DNA from: Yuukianura sp. NJ FZ-2021
Taxonomy: Eukaryota
Direction: 5' to 3'
Length of the DNA stretch: 64,000 bases
Assembly: GCA_046563655.1 (NCBI GenBank)
Contig: CM102283.1
Coordinates: 3,162,001-3,226,000, forward strand
Below are positions 44,162 through 56,784 of this stretch, piece by piece. Made by a program: the position numbers and the translations under genes. The notes beneath the pieces were generated by a model that ran no database searches, had not been told where the DNA came from, and worked only from the letters and a program-made list of their open reading frames with translations. Position 1 is the first letter of the stretch. Each line of letters opens with the position of its first letter.

Positions 44162-47100
44162 CTAACTTGGTGTTTTGGGGAAAACATTTTCATGAAAATG
44201 CTTTCCGTTTTCTCCAAGGATGTTTCCTGGTGGAAAGTAAGCGACTACCACAATCGTGCGACGTCCATTGCTGGCCACTCCTGTGCCCATATCTGTTGTG
44301 TCTTTCCAAACAACTTGTGAAAAGGTAGAGTAGTACGGATTGTCCCAGTTGTAGGAAGAAATGTCATCGTACCAAGCATTCACTGCTGCAACTACTGAAG
44401 TCTCGGCAGTAGAGCGATTCCCTGTAACCAAGATTCCTATAGCGACCATTTATACAAATGCCGTAAGAGGTTATGTCATAACTCCCATTTTTCAAAAAAA
44501 AAATTACAATAATCTCTCGAATTTTTTTAATTTCCCGCTTTGATTAATTGTTTTAATTTCGAATTGCTAACGCAACGGAACATCGTCGTAAGATGTGCGT
44601 TTCAAAAAATTTGAAATAAGAAAAAAAGGAGTTATGGTATAACCTTTTAAGAAAAATTGAACAAAATTTTGAGTTAAACTTGCCTGTAACGTAGTACACG
44701 TTTTTGTTTATCCCCTCTTCATGCTCATTTTCAAAAGTTCCCTCTCGAATCAACTTGTTAGCATACGCTTGAGCTCTTTGTTTCATCTAAAAAAAGTTTT
44801 TGGTTTTCAGAAAAAATGATAAAAATTTGAAGTTGAAAAACAAAGTTTTATGAATTTACACGAGCACTGAGCCGGAGCGGTGGAGAATCATGCATGGAGC
44901 GGTAGAAGTTGTGTCTTTCAAGTGACTTCAACTCATATTCTAAAAATAATGTTGAAATGAAATTTCAAAAATCAAAAAAGTAAAAATTTTTAAAAAATTT
45001 TGAAAAATTTTGGATTTCATGTTTTTTAAATTTACGTTGAGTGTGAGCTCGATTTGAAAGTGGAAGTGAAGTTGTGGCTGCCTTGGCTGGAACTGTTTGT
45101 CGACGTCGATGTTGACTAGTTTTTACAACTGTAACTTCAACGGTAGTCGAGGGGTCAATGACCTCTGGGGGCGATTTTGTTGTTGAAGATGTTGCTGTTG
45201 ATGTTATTGATGTTGATGAATTTGTTGTTGACCTTATTGTTGTTTCTGAATTTGCTATTAATGTAGTTGCTGTTGTTGTTGACTTGGTTGGCGTACTCAT
45301 TGTGACCTCCGTTGTACCTTCAATGCTTTCAGGCGAAACGTCCGTCACGGCAGTCGTTTCTTCAAACGTGGCAGGAGTTGAATTTTTCAAAATTTCGAAA
45401 ATCGTTGTTATTTCTGGAGCTGCTGGAGTTGTTGACAGAGTTTTTTCAAAATTTGAAACCAAAATTGATTTGGAATTTTTTGGCGTTTCGATAGTAGGAA
45501 TAGGAGTTACTTCAATTTTTTCTGCTGTATGTATTGGAGTCGTAGATGTGTGGGTAGGAAGTGGCTGAAAACGTAAAATTTGAACTTTTTCAACAATGAA
45601 AAATGAAGGAATGAATTTTTTTTTTTAATTTTCACAAAATTTTGGTTTTACTGAATCTTGTTCATCGCCTTCTGGAAACAACTCTTCTGCTGTATCTCGG
45701 ATCCACTTGGCATAGGAGTTGACTTTAGTAAAGACGCTGTAGTTGTCACAAGATTCAAATCCTCCGCTCAAGTCTTTCTTACCGTGACTAACTATACCCT
45801 AGTGTTCAAAATTTGAAATTTTTGAAATTTTGAAATTTTGAACAAAATGGATTTGGAAAAATTCATGTGGTTTGCTACCTGAATGTAGTACCGACTGACG
45901 CCATTTGTATTTGATTTGAACATGAAACCTCCGCCGTTGTCACCATTACACGCGCCTTGAACTGAACAAGAAATTTCAAAATTTCAAAAAAAAAAAAATG
46001 TTTCGTTAAGATTATAAAATTTTGAATTACAGTTTTCAGTGCCGGCACAAAATTCGTACGGAGTGAGTTGGCGTTGGCGCCATTCAAAACACAAATTTGA
46101 ATTTACCACCGGCAGAGTCACGTTCCTCAACGTGAACGAAACGGCGTGTGGATCACCTTCACTAAACTGTCCAAAACCTACCACCTTCGAAATTTTGAAA
46201 ACTTAAAAAAATGCTTTTCAAAAAAGTTAAAAATTTTTAATTTTGGCGCTCAATTTACCTCTCCTTGTCCCATTTCCTCTGTAATGTCAACGCTTCTACT
46301 GAAACAAGCTGGAATTACGTTAGGGTTTAGCTCAACCGTTTTGATAAGCGAAATAAGTGCGATATCTGCCTGAAAATCTCCTGGAATTCCTTCAAACGAT
46401 TTGTGCAAAACGATTTTCCTAACCTACATACATAAAATTTCAATTTTGGAAATGCTAAAAATTTTAAAATTTTGAAAAAATTTTAACCTCATGGATTTGG
46501 ACATCTTGAAGACCTAAGTTTTCCTCCAGAGAACTAAATTCCCCGCCAAGAACGATTCGAATGTTTTCAAAATCTTCGCGCCCTTGGTGCACTTCATTTG
46601 CCAAGCAGTGTGCAGCTATAAATCCATTTTTAAAAACTTTCAAGTTTCCAAGAAACTTTGAATTTTTGAGGAATTTTACCTGTGAGGATCAGAAATCCTT
46701 TGTTGAAGGGCTTAATCAAGGTCCCACCACAAATATATTTGAAATCCGCAGTTAAATTTTCGCGGGAAAAAATCGATGCGTGCCAAGGCCAGAGTTCTCT
46801 CCGCGTTTCAGTTCCGCCAACGACAAATCCAACTGCATTGGCTAATTGTGGTAAACCGCAGTTTATGGCACAGGAAAACGCCAGGAACTCGGCTCGACCA
46901 ATCCACTGACTCCGCGGACTACAAATCAGCTGACCATCTTCAACGTCGTCGTTGAGTGCGACGTAGTAGTTGTTAACGCAGTTGTACGTTGCGATCGTTC
47001 CCGTCGGGAGTTTTGCACCACCGTGACAGTCAATGACTTCACCAGTGTTGGAGTTCTTGCAACGCACTCTCACGCCCTGCGCAGAATTCAAAATTTAAAC

Positions 47101-47569
47101 GAATTGCGCATGTATCTCATTTCCCAATTTAACTCAATCAGGCCGATTCCAAAATCACCTTGGTGAGTAATGTTAACTGCTAGGCTGTAACCTTATCTAA
47201 ACGGCGGACATCTAATCATCAGAGATGTCAAAAATATGTGCTATGCTAAAAACCCCCGAAATATGGACAAAAAATATGTTTTTTTTGTTAAAACCGGCCA
47301 AATATTTCCTTACTTAATAATAAGGGCATGGACAAATAATAAATATTTAGAAACAAAAACCCCACAAATATTTTTTCTGTTAACATTAGAGGAATGGAGA
47401 CTGAATATGTTTGGCATCTCTGCTAATCATGCACCGGAGACGCGAAAAAATTTACATACCGAGTAATTTGGTAGGTTTAGTTACTTACTTCTCGGTAGAT
47501 CAACGAATCACAGTCAGCGGAAATTCCAAGGATAAAAGACGACAGCAAAAGTATAACAAATTTTAACAT
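44162..47569 (-). CDS. Fusion gene A: signal peptide - Sushi/CCP-like - non-catalytic serine protease homolog - Thr-rich linker - CAP domain
   Basis: VVGG..WPWHASI..ICGGTLI..TAAHC..ADIALI..ACNGDNGGG (catalytic Ser to Asn). In-phase splices lead into a Thr-rich exon and then HNFYRSMHDSPPL..AVNAWY..FSQVVWK..YFPPGN. Confidence 0.85.
44429..44682. mobile_element. CAAGGTTG-family MITE forming a GC-AG intron (44422-44683) in the CAP domain of gene A
   Basis: Perfect 8-bp TSD cctgtaac at 44421-28 and 44683-90; family-diagnostic internal inverted repeat. Confidence 0.88.
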
Positions 47570-48282
47570 TTTGGTCAAAAAATGTTGAAATTGGCAAATT
47601 GCCAATTTTTGTTTGTTTTAAATTTTCAAAATTTTGAGTTTAAAGATTTTGTCCTCGTCTTACAACAAGGAAAGTGAAGTGAGTAATTTAATTAGGGAAG
47701 TGATAGACTGTGCGAGAACGACATTGAGGTGAGAAGATGATACACGCCAATTTGCAAAAATTTATTGCCATTTTTTTTTTGAAAAAGTTGTCCTTGTCTG
47801 GCCCATCTCACGTCAGGCGACAAATTTCGAAATAATTAGCCAATTTAGTCACCAAAACCAGTTTTGTTCAAATCCGCATTGTGTAATTTATTCACGCTCA
47901 TCAATGTAGGAAAAGACGAAAAACAACTTTTTTCTAAAACACTTTTTCGGAATTTTTTAAATTACAAAATGGTCAAATAGTTAAAAAAAAATTTCAATAC
48001 TTGATCTTAACCTTAACATTAAACTAAAGTTGAAAAAATAAGCGACTTGTTAAACGCCAAAGTTTTTCGGCAATTACGTAAAACGCATTTTTTGACGATT
48101 TTAAGTAAATTTGCATGTTCAGAAAATAAATTAGTAGATAGTACTTGAAGACTTTTGCGTCATATGACTCATATGACGCATTTTGTGGCAAATGGCAAAT
48201 TGCGAATGGCAATTGCCAAATGGCAAATTAGAAATGACAAATTCCACACGACGTGAAATAAATCGGCGTCGCGTGACATATT

Positions 48283-51024
48283 TCACGCCTCATGTGCATT
48301 TCCTCCAGTAATCGGTGGGAAAACGTTTTCAGCAAAAGATTTTTGTCGTTCAGAGGAATTAACTGGAGGTCTATCGTACTTGACCACCGCAAGTTGTTTT
48401 TTCCCACGCTGAGCCACGCCCACTCCAATCGCTGTTGTGCGTTGCCATACAATTTGTGTAAAGGGATTTGCTCGTGGTGATGCAAAATTGTAGTTTCCGG
48501 CAGTTTTGTACCAATCGCGAACGGCGTCTTGAATGAGACGTGTGGCTGGTACAACGTTACCAGACAAGCCGTACCAGTTCGTAAATCCAGAAAATTTAAA
48601 ACGGTTCGTAGCCAACGCTTGTTCAGCTTCGGCTTGAGCGAGTTGGCTCAACTAAAAACAAATAAACACAAAATGTTCAACATTTTTTCTTCAAAGGAAC
48701 CAAAATTTGAGACCTTTTTTTCGGTAATACTGGTTTACCTGATGAGAAATTTTGACTGGCGGAGCTCCGTGGCGCCGACGGAATAAATTGTGTTGCAGAA
48801 CAGCTGTGATTTCGTAATCTGAAAGAGTTGTATGGTTAACTTTTGTTGACAAAATTACAAGTTGACAAAATTGCATGTTGATCAAATTGCAAGATGATGA
48901 AGACTACCTTTCATAGAGTTGTCAAGGGCGGAATTGACGTCAGGTTGGTCTGGCTCTACGAGAGCAATGACGTCAGGATCCTGCGTTCGAATTAAACTGT
49001 GAATTATGTCTTGAATTGCAATTGGCAATGACGCAAAGTCGTCTGGGTTCAATTCGTGGTCAGCTGATACCGTTTCTGGCACGGAAGTTTGCAATCTCTG
49101 CGAAGATTGCGGTAAAGTTGGGCGCGGAGTTTGAATCTTGGAAATGGCGGGAATCCGAACTTGAATTTGTTCAACTGGCGCCTGAGGGGTCAAAGGTCGT
49201 TCCGCCCGAGGAGTTTCTTGAAATGAATTCGGGTTTGGCTAAAAACAGATCAAACCGGTTTTGAACTTATTCTTAAACAAATTGGCAAATTAATGCACAC
49301 TTTTTAAGTTTACCGCGAAAAAAATTCGTAGGAAAAATTTTCGCCAGCAAAACTTTCGCGAAAGTCAACTTTTTTTTTCCTCACCTGAACTGACTGTTGA
49401 TGTCGCTGTCTCTCTTCATGCAGTTCCAGGGCAGTTTGTTTGATCCAATCTGCATAGTCACTCACGCCAATAAACCAACTGTGCTTTCTACATGTACGAA
49501 GTCCCTCTCCCAAAACGCCCTAAAATTTTCAAAATTTTAAGATTTTTTGAAATTTTGAATTTCCAGTTTCTAGAAAGTTTTAGTATACCAGAATGAAATG
49601 GCGCTCAGAGTTGGCTGAAAAGCGTGGAAACAAAAGTCCGCTACCAAAGTCTCCGTCGCAAATATTTTTTCCTACATGACAAAAAAAAAGTATGCTTTCA
49701 AAATGTGTTTCTTTCCAAGTTTTTCAAAATACATGTGATTTCAAAAAATTGTGTCTTTCGAAATTTTGAAAACTTACCTTCGCTACTTCCAGCACAGAAG
49801 GAATGTTTAGAAATTATTCGCGCCCTTTTGTCAATGCAGTTTCCAAGCGTGACTACTCCTGCGCTGATATTTCGCAGGGCGTCGTTTGTACTTTTTTGAC
49901 CAAACCCAACTAACTATTTCAAAATTCAAAATTTTTGCATTTAAAGTTTCAAAATTTTGAAAAATGTAAAATTTGGGAACTTACTTGACCAAATGTGGAT
50001 TCTTGGAGTTGGTGTTTGGCAAAATCGACGCTCAGACTGAGACATGCTGGTAAAACCATTTTGCTTAAAACTGTTTCACGGGAAAGCTGAATCAGCGCCA
50101 GCAGACCATCATCTTCCGTTACAATTCTTCTGACCTAAAAATATTTCAAATTTTTCAAAAATTTGAGTTTTAGATTTTCGAAAAATGATAATTTTGTTTG
50201 ATTACTGGAGAAGTTTGTCCATTGCTTTTGTGTCTGGAGTTTTTCTCGTGTGAAAAAAGTCCGAGACGAATTTCGATGTCTTCCGGATTTCTGTTTCGGA
50301 CGCATTCGGCTCCCGTGAGAACCAAAAGTTCGTCGGCGTTAAAGGGATTGATCAAAGTCCCGCCACAAGCAAATTTGAAATTTTCTGGGGCAGAGTGAGA
50401 CTCCCGGGCAAAAATTCCTACATGCCAAGGCCAAAATGTATGGGCAGAATCCGGGTAAGATTTACCACAATCTGTGTCAAAAGTTCAAAATTTTGAAAGG
50501 TCTGCAGAAGAGATAAATTTCTGAAATTTTGAATTTTCAGAATGTGGTTTCTCACCCATGTGACACGAAAAAGAGCGAAATCTCAAATCCGGCGTCCATT
50601 TTCCATTTTTTGAACAAACCATTTGCCCTCCAGTGTCTCCGTCATTTGTGACACTTTTGGAACAAAAAAAAAAACATTTTTTTTTCAAAATACTTCTTTT
50701 TTGAATTTTTTTTTGAAACGTACAAGAAGTCTTCGCATTTGTATTTCGCAATTGTTCCTGGCGGCATTCGCATTTTTTGACAATCCAAGGACTCTTTTGT
50801 ACTTGGATGTTGACACTCAATGTCAACTCCCTAAAATTCAAAATTTCAAACAAAAATCATACTAAAAATCTCTTTTTTTTAAAGTTTTCAAAATTTTTCA
50901 AAAAGTTTTAGGTTCTTACTGTTCTGAAAGACAGTGACTCACAACTCTGTCCTTGTGCAGACACTTTTCCTAAACCCATCGCAGCAACAAATTGCACAAA
51001 AACTAAAACTTTAACTTTTTCCAT
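48283..51024 (-). CDS. Fusion gene B: signal peptide - Sushi/CCP-like - non-catalytic serine protease homolog - Pro/Gln linker - CAP domain
   Basis: FWPWHVGIF..FACGGTLI..LTGAEC (His lost)..ICDGDFGSG (Ser lost). In-phase splices lead to HNLFRRRHGAPPV..AVRDWY..FTQIVWQ..ENVFPP. Shares intron positions with gene A. Confidence 0.82.
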
Positions 51025-52048
51025 ATTTTTCTCTTTTCAAATTGTAATAAGCTTTCAAAAACTTTTGAAATTTTGCAAAATTTTTGTCTTCCTGAGAAAA
51101 CCTCTTCCTGGGGGCTCCACTTGGACAATGACCAGTGCAAATTAGATGTCCGGATCTAAAAAGGCCTGATGGAATTGGCGTCACATTTTGAAAAAAAAGA
51201 AGCCATACGTGCCGCATTGTCCGTGATGAAATGTGAATCTTGCTTGACTGGATTTTGACTTCTTTAGGACATTGGCAACTTCTGCGTCAAAAAAAAAGTA
51301 GAGGATGAGGTGACAATATCCTGAAAAAATTAGTAAAATCTAAGTGGAATTATTTTTTTTCATGAAAAATAAGTTTCAGTTTTGCGAGAATATAAGTATA
51401 CAACTTGTCCACCAAAAATTTACATCTTCTAATAATCCCTTTGGTTCAAAAACAAGATCCGGTTCAAAGATTTTCAGAATTTTTACGTTGGACGTCATCA
51501 ATAATTGTTGACATTTTGACATTTTTTTAAAAGAATTTTTCAAGCTCAACTCGTTTTTCTTTTAGCATTTCAATGTCTAGTTAAAAGTTTGAAAAAAAAA
51601 CTGCAGAGAATTTTGGAGGGTCGTACGATTTTTTTTTTCCATTTTTTTTCTACTCAAGTAATTTTTTTTAATACTAATGAGGTCATGAACTGCAAAATGT
51701 CGTTTCCGGAATTCCAAATTTTTATTTTGTGTAAATTTTTGTAAACTTTTACATCAAACAACATTTTTGATGACTAAAAGTGTGACTGTCGCGACCTTCA
51801 CTTTGACCTCGACCATTCCAAAAATGTACCTAAACTGTCTCCTCTGTGATACAGTCAAAGCCTACGTAAAAAAAAGTTCAATGTTACTGAAATTTCCAAA
51901 TTCCACAAACAATGATGTAATGAAAATGATGTAACATAGCGTAAATGTTGTTCGACAGTTTATTTTTTATGTAATGCGGATAATGTAAAATACAAATTTT
52001 TTAAGAAGTAATTTTTAAGAAGTAATTAACAAACACAAGAAGTAATTT

Positions 52049-53561
52049 TTATGACCGATTGGAAACTTCAAAATACGAAACGGTTTGCTTCAAACTCTCA
52101 GCGTCGGTGTCAACTCGTTTGATTGTGGTTGTTCGTGCGTTGTAGATTCCGCAAGTGCCCAAAGTTTGGTAAAGTTGGGAGGCAGTTCCCGCGGGAACTT
52201 CGAATTCCACTTGAGTAACGGTTTCTACCGACCAAACTTCTGTGTTGGTGACAGTCCAGTTGTATCCCGTGATTTCACTGGATCCATAGTTGTAGCCGAA
52301 GTTGAAGGAGAGTGGAGTAGGGGCAAGGTCAAGGGTGAATCCAAGGTCATTGTAAACTGCAGTCACATCATAGTGTGTCTCTGACTCTGTTCGTGAGTGG
52401 GAAACTCCGATTTTCCTTGCGTAGGTGCAAGTAGTTGGCGTAGTTGCTTGTGTGTTGTCACATTCAATCAGAAGATCCCACTCGTCAGAGGGTCCACAGA
52501 TACTGGCTGGGTCAGGAACATCACAGCATTTGAAGTTGACGTTGTTAAAAGCAGTTTCATCTCCTGAAAAATTTAAAAAAAAGTCAGAATTTTGGAAATT
52601 TTAGAAATCAGTCGACACTATATGTGACTAAATCGGGAAATACTAAGGCGATGTAATGGCGATGGAACAACGCTGTTTTTCTAGGAGAGACTGAAATATG
52701 CCATCTAACTAAACATACATGCGAATGTGAAGAATCTGAATTTTTATGTTAGTTTCGCATGTAGACGAAACCAAATTTCTGGTTTTTGTCTATACTAATG
52801 AAATGTTGTATTTCTGTCTCTGAATATTGCTTTTGTATTTTTTTTTGTCTATACTAATGAAATGTCGTATTTCTGTCCATGAATATTGTTTTTATGTATT
52901 TTTGTCTGTACTAATGAAATGTTGTATTTCTGTTCATTGCTTACCACCACCGGTTCCGTCCATTTCGATTTGCGTTTGGATTCCGCACATTGCTTGTTTG
53001 TTGAAGCATTCCTGTGGCATCGTCCAATCACCAAACCACAAACCATCTCCTTCAATTGCTTCTTCCTTCTTCTGGTTGCAGATCAAACGCATGTTGTTTG
53101 CTGCCGTATCGTCAGACGATCCACCCTGGTACCCTTCCGATCTCAACTGAAATCCAGTACCCGCACCTTGGCAGAACATCTCTCTTCCCCAATCTCCACG
53201 AGGGTTGGTACCGGAAGTGATGGATACATTGTTGTATCGGTACCCAATCGGAGCACAGAATACCTTGATGCTGTTCAAAGCGGTATCGTCATAAAACCAA
53301 GATCCGCCCCAGGCCTCCGTCTGCAACTGGAATCCGCTGATGTAGGTATCTTCCGGACAGTACTCAAAGTCAAACAACTAAAAACAAATATATAAAATGC
53401 ATAAAAACATTAAATATAAAAAATTATATATTATTATATTGTTTTTAAGTATGTCTCACCGTGCCCCAGTTCGTAACTTGCGGAGAGTAGATGATGACGT
53501 CAGCTTCTTGACTCTGAACGCCCAAAGCCAAACAAACCAAAAGACACAAAATGGACTTCAT
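52049..53561 (-). CDS. Secreted VMO-I (vitelline membrane outer layer protein 1, beta-prism) domain protein with a ~150-aa C-terminal beta-rich domain
   Basis: Signal peptide; three VMO-I repeats (WG..CP..GFQL..E..DDTALN; GDWG..C..GFQLR.E..DDTAANN; FGDW..C..CGIQTQIE..DETAFNNV.F.CC); then a Ser/Thr-rich extension. Confidence 0.88.
52788..52933. repeat. Three copies of a ~58-bp intronic repeat (gtctatactaatgaaatgttgtatttctgt)
   Basis: Seen directly. Confidence 0.75.
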
Positions 53562-55252
53562 TTCTAAAAACTTTTTGGGTTTTCAAAAATTTCCAAAAGT
53601 TTGCTAGCTGTTTTCAGAATTATTCCGAAGCTTGATGTGCAAATGAACCAACTTCGGACTGTTTTATAAGGCTTTGCTAAAAATCAAAATTATCGTTACC
53701 TAATCCTCAGAAGGCACAGATTAAGTGTCAATCAATTCTTTTTTTTGGTTATCAAAACCAAAATTTCAAGTGCACAAGTGTCGCGTTTTTCCAGAAATTA
53801 ACTTTTTTTGGATGAGTCGATTATTCAGAAATTATTCAAATTATTCCAAAATTTTAAAACAAGAGACACCACATCCGTTTTCACCTTTGACCTGAGTTCA
53901 AACTCCGAAAAACTCCATAGGTACGAGTGACCTCTGAAAACTTAGTTGCTAACAAGACACGGTGGTACCTCAAGGGGTACTTATAGGTACCCTTCATGCA
54001 TTTCAGGTACCATTATCAAGTACCTTCATGCATATTAGTACCATTTTGTCTAGAATCAGTAGATTCCTAACTTTAATTAATGAGCATGAGTCACATGTCG
54101 TTAAGGACTCGGCGACCTTTGACCTTGTCCGCATTTTGTTTAATACCACCCATGAAATTTTTTTAGTAGTAAAGCAACTTCTACTTTTTGTCACTTCAAA
54201 GTTGTCACTTTAATAAATTGAAATTTTAAAACGTGTGCAATTTGTCAATTCAACGGTATGATTTCCAGAAAAAATGAAATTTCAATTTTCATCCAATTCT
54301 GACTAACTAAAAAAAATTCGTCGTAAAAAGTTGAAGTGGGCACTTGTGTTTTTCTAGCATGACAAGACAAGCAGACCTTAACACATCAAACCAATGTATC
54401 GGCAGAGAAATTAGACAAAGCTAATTTGATCAAAAAGTGAAAAGGTCCAAAAATTGAAAAGGTCAACCGTAACAAATAAGTTGGTTAGACGAGATATTTT
54501 TTATGTCTGATCTCACTTTTTCATGTTTTGAGTTTTTGGCCAAATTGTTTTTGACTATATTACATGGAAGAACCTTAGTTTAATTAGTAATTGAGTAATT
54601 AAAATTTGAAGGCTATAGCATTTGTACCTCAAAGGTCACGTGGACCTCCAACAGTTTTTATTTAAGAGGTTGGTCTCGATGTTACAGTTTATTTGCAGAA
54701 AGTGGGTTGAGGTCATGCGTTCTGGGCAGAACTTAACAACATAATCAATGTCACTTCCGCCAAGGTCATGACCAGTGTTGTCAACACAAACAAGGTGTCA
54801 AACTAATTGAAAAAGTGACGATTAATGACAATTGACAACTACGATGTTAGGTACGGAACCACTTCTGGACTGGACTCAAACTCAAAAGACGTCAATTTAA
54901 CCCCAAAAAAATAGTTTTGAACGAGCGTCATACAAATTTTTGGAATCAATTAGCATTTTAAACTGGAACTTTTCAAAACAAAACTAAAAAGGTTTGAAGT
55001 AACGTTTAATTTATTACGCAAAGTGAAGTTTTCTAAATTTTTGCTGTACCTAAGCGTACGCCAACTACGTCAATCCAAAAATTCTGTATTTTCTTAAAAT
55101 TTGAAATTTCACAACAAGAGATGTTAGTTTTAGGCTTGATCCACTTTAGTTTTATTTAGGACTAAACTGGTACTAGTACTACAATTATTTATATTATATT
55201 ATACAATTATATTATTTTTATTATATTAATTATAGAATTCTATTGTAAAGAT

Positions 55253-55696
55253 CTACGTTTCGTATGGGTATTCTGGCAAATCGAGATTGGCGGGAATGAG
55301 AACATGTCCAAAATCTTCCTGGAAAGCTACACAGTAGATGGAGAGATAGTCAATGTCATTGAAGGTCAACTTGCCAGGTAAGGTCAATTCTATGTCAACT
55401 CCATCGTAGGCTCCCAGCACATCCGAACTGCCCAGTTCATTTTGAATTTTGTAGCCATGGGCATTCGGAATGCCGCCTTTTCCCACGACGAAGTAGGCGT
55501 CTGGCCCTGCTCCGTCGTAGCGTAGTTTGCTGATGTGGATTCTCTTTGTGTCGAGGATTGTGATTGGTCCAGAGGAAACCCCGTGAGCCAACTTCTTAAA
55601 CCCCGGCAAAATTTTAGCCGACGGATAACTACTTGCTAGGTTCAAAAATGCCGCTCCAATTACCACCAAAAATGCTAACGTGAGTCTTCTGTCCAT
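55253..55696 (-). CDS. Secreted single DM13-domain protein, intronless
   Basis: Signal peptide; HGVSSG.I.I.D...I.I....YDG.GPDAYF.VG; I.LTLP..DIDYLSIYC..F..DFGHV.IP, a DM13 (Skeletor-type) pattern. Confidence 0.88.
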   Translation of the reverse strand: MDRRLTLAFLVVIGAAFLNLASSYPSAKILPGFKKLAHGVSSGPITILDTKRIHISKLRYDGAGPDAYFVVGKGGIPNAHGYKIQNELGSSDVLGAYDGVDIELTLPGKLTFNDIDYLSIYCVAFQEDFGHVLIPANLDLPEYPYET

Positions 55697-56784
55697 CTCG
55701 CGAAGTGCTAATTACTTTTAGTTTAGCTTTTAGTACTTTTACTTCCAGCTTTTAGTACTTTTAGTTTTTTAACTTTAGAGTTGTGCACTCGTCACATTCA
55801 AAATGGAGACTAACAAACGGTGAAGTAAGAAACGGAGGTACATATACACATTGCAGATAAATCAATGACCTCTCCTCCCCCTACTTACATTGAAAGTTGA
55901 CCCCCAGGGGTAATAACCCCTAAGGGAAGGGGGTTAAATTTTAGGAAGTTTGATTTGTATCAAAGTTAATTAACTTTGTAATTAAAGTTAACCGGCTAAA
56001 ATGCTTTTTCACGCCCATGAATTCAAATAGTTGCAACAATTTTGAAAATAAATGAAACAATTCCAACCAAATTTAAAATTCAATTGAAAACTGAATGAAA
56101 AACTACTTCCAATGCAACCAAGGCAAAAAGCTTGTAGAATTTTAATTTGATCTTTTAAGAGGCTTTTGATGCTGACACCATTCATATGTGGCACCAATAA
56201 GCATTGGAAATTACAAAATAGTTGATTGATTACTCAATTGATCAATTGATTAGCCAATTGATCAATTGATTGAGATTTTGAAACTATTGGATGCATAGGA
56301 AGTGGCAAGCACAGACTCAATGACGCCTTGTTAATTAGTTGGATTACAGTCGATTACTTCATGAATGCAAAGAATGAGGGGAGTACCATTATGTATTTGA
56401 CAACACAAAGTGATATGAATAATTACAAAGTGAAACTAGGGCACAAGTTAGTGATAAGTTGCAAGTTGCCAGTGGCAATATTTAGCATATGAACTAAATC
56501 ATAACTGTTAAATGTTAGTCGTTGCATTTTCACTTTTTGGCAATCGACATAGGAAGAATGGTAAAATTACGTAAAAGACAAGTTGATGTGTGTGCTGTTT
56601 CACTTTTGCCAAATCCCGAATTTATAACAAGAATTTCTCGTTTTGTTAACAATCGATGTGCATGCAAAAAGCAAAATGTATCATTTAAAATGTTGCCTTT
56701 TAAAATGTACGTAGCTACTTTTAAAAGTCTTTCTTTAGTAGCAGCTTTCAATGCACTTTTGGTGTCCGCACTTCCTCAAATTGG

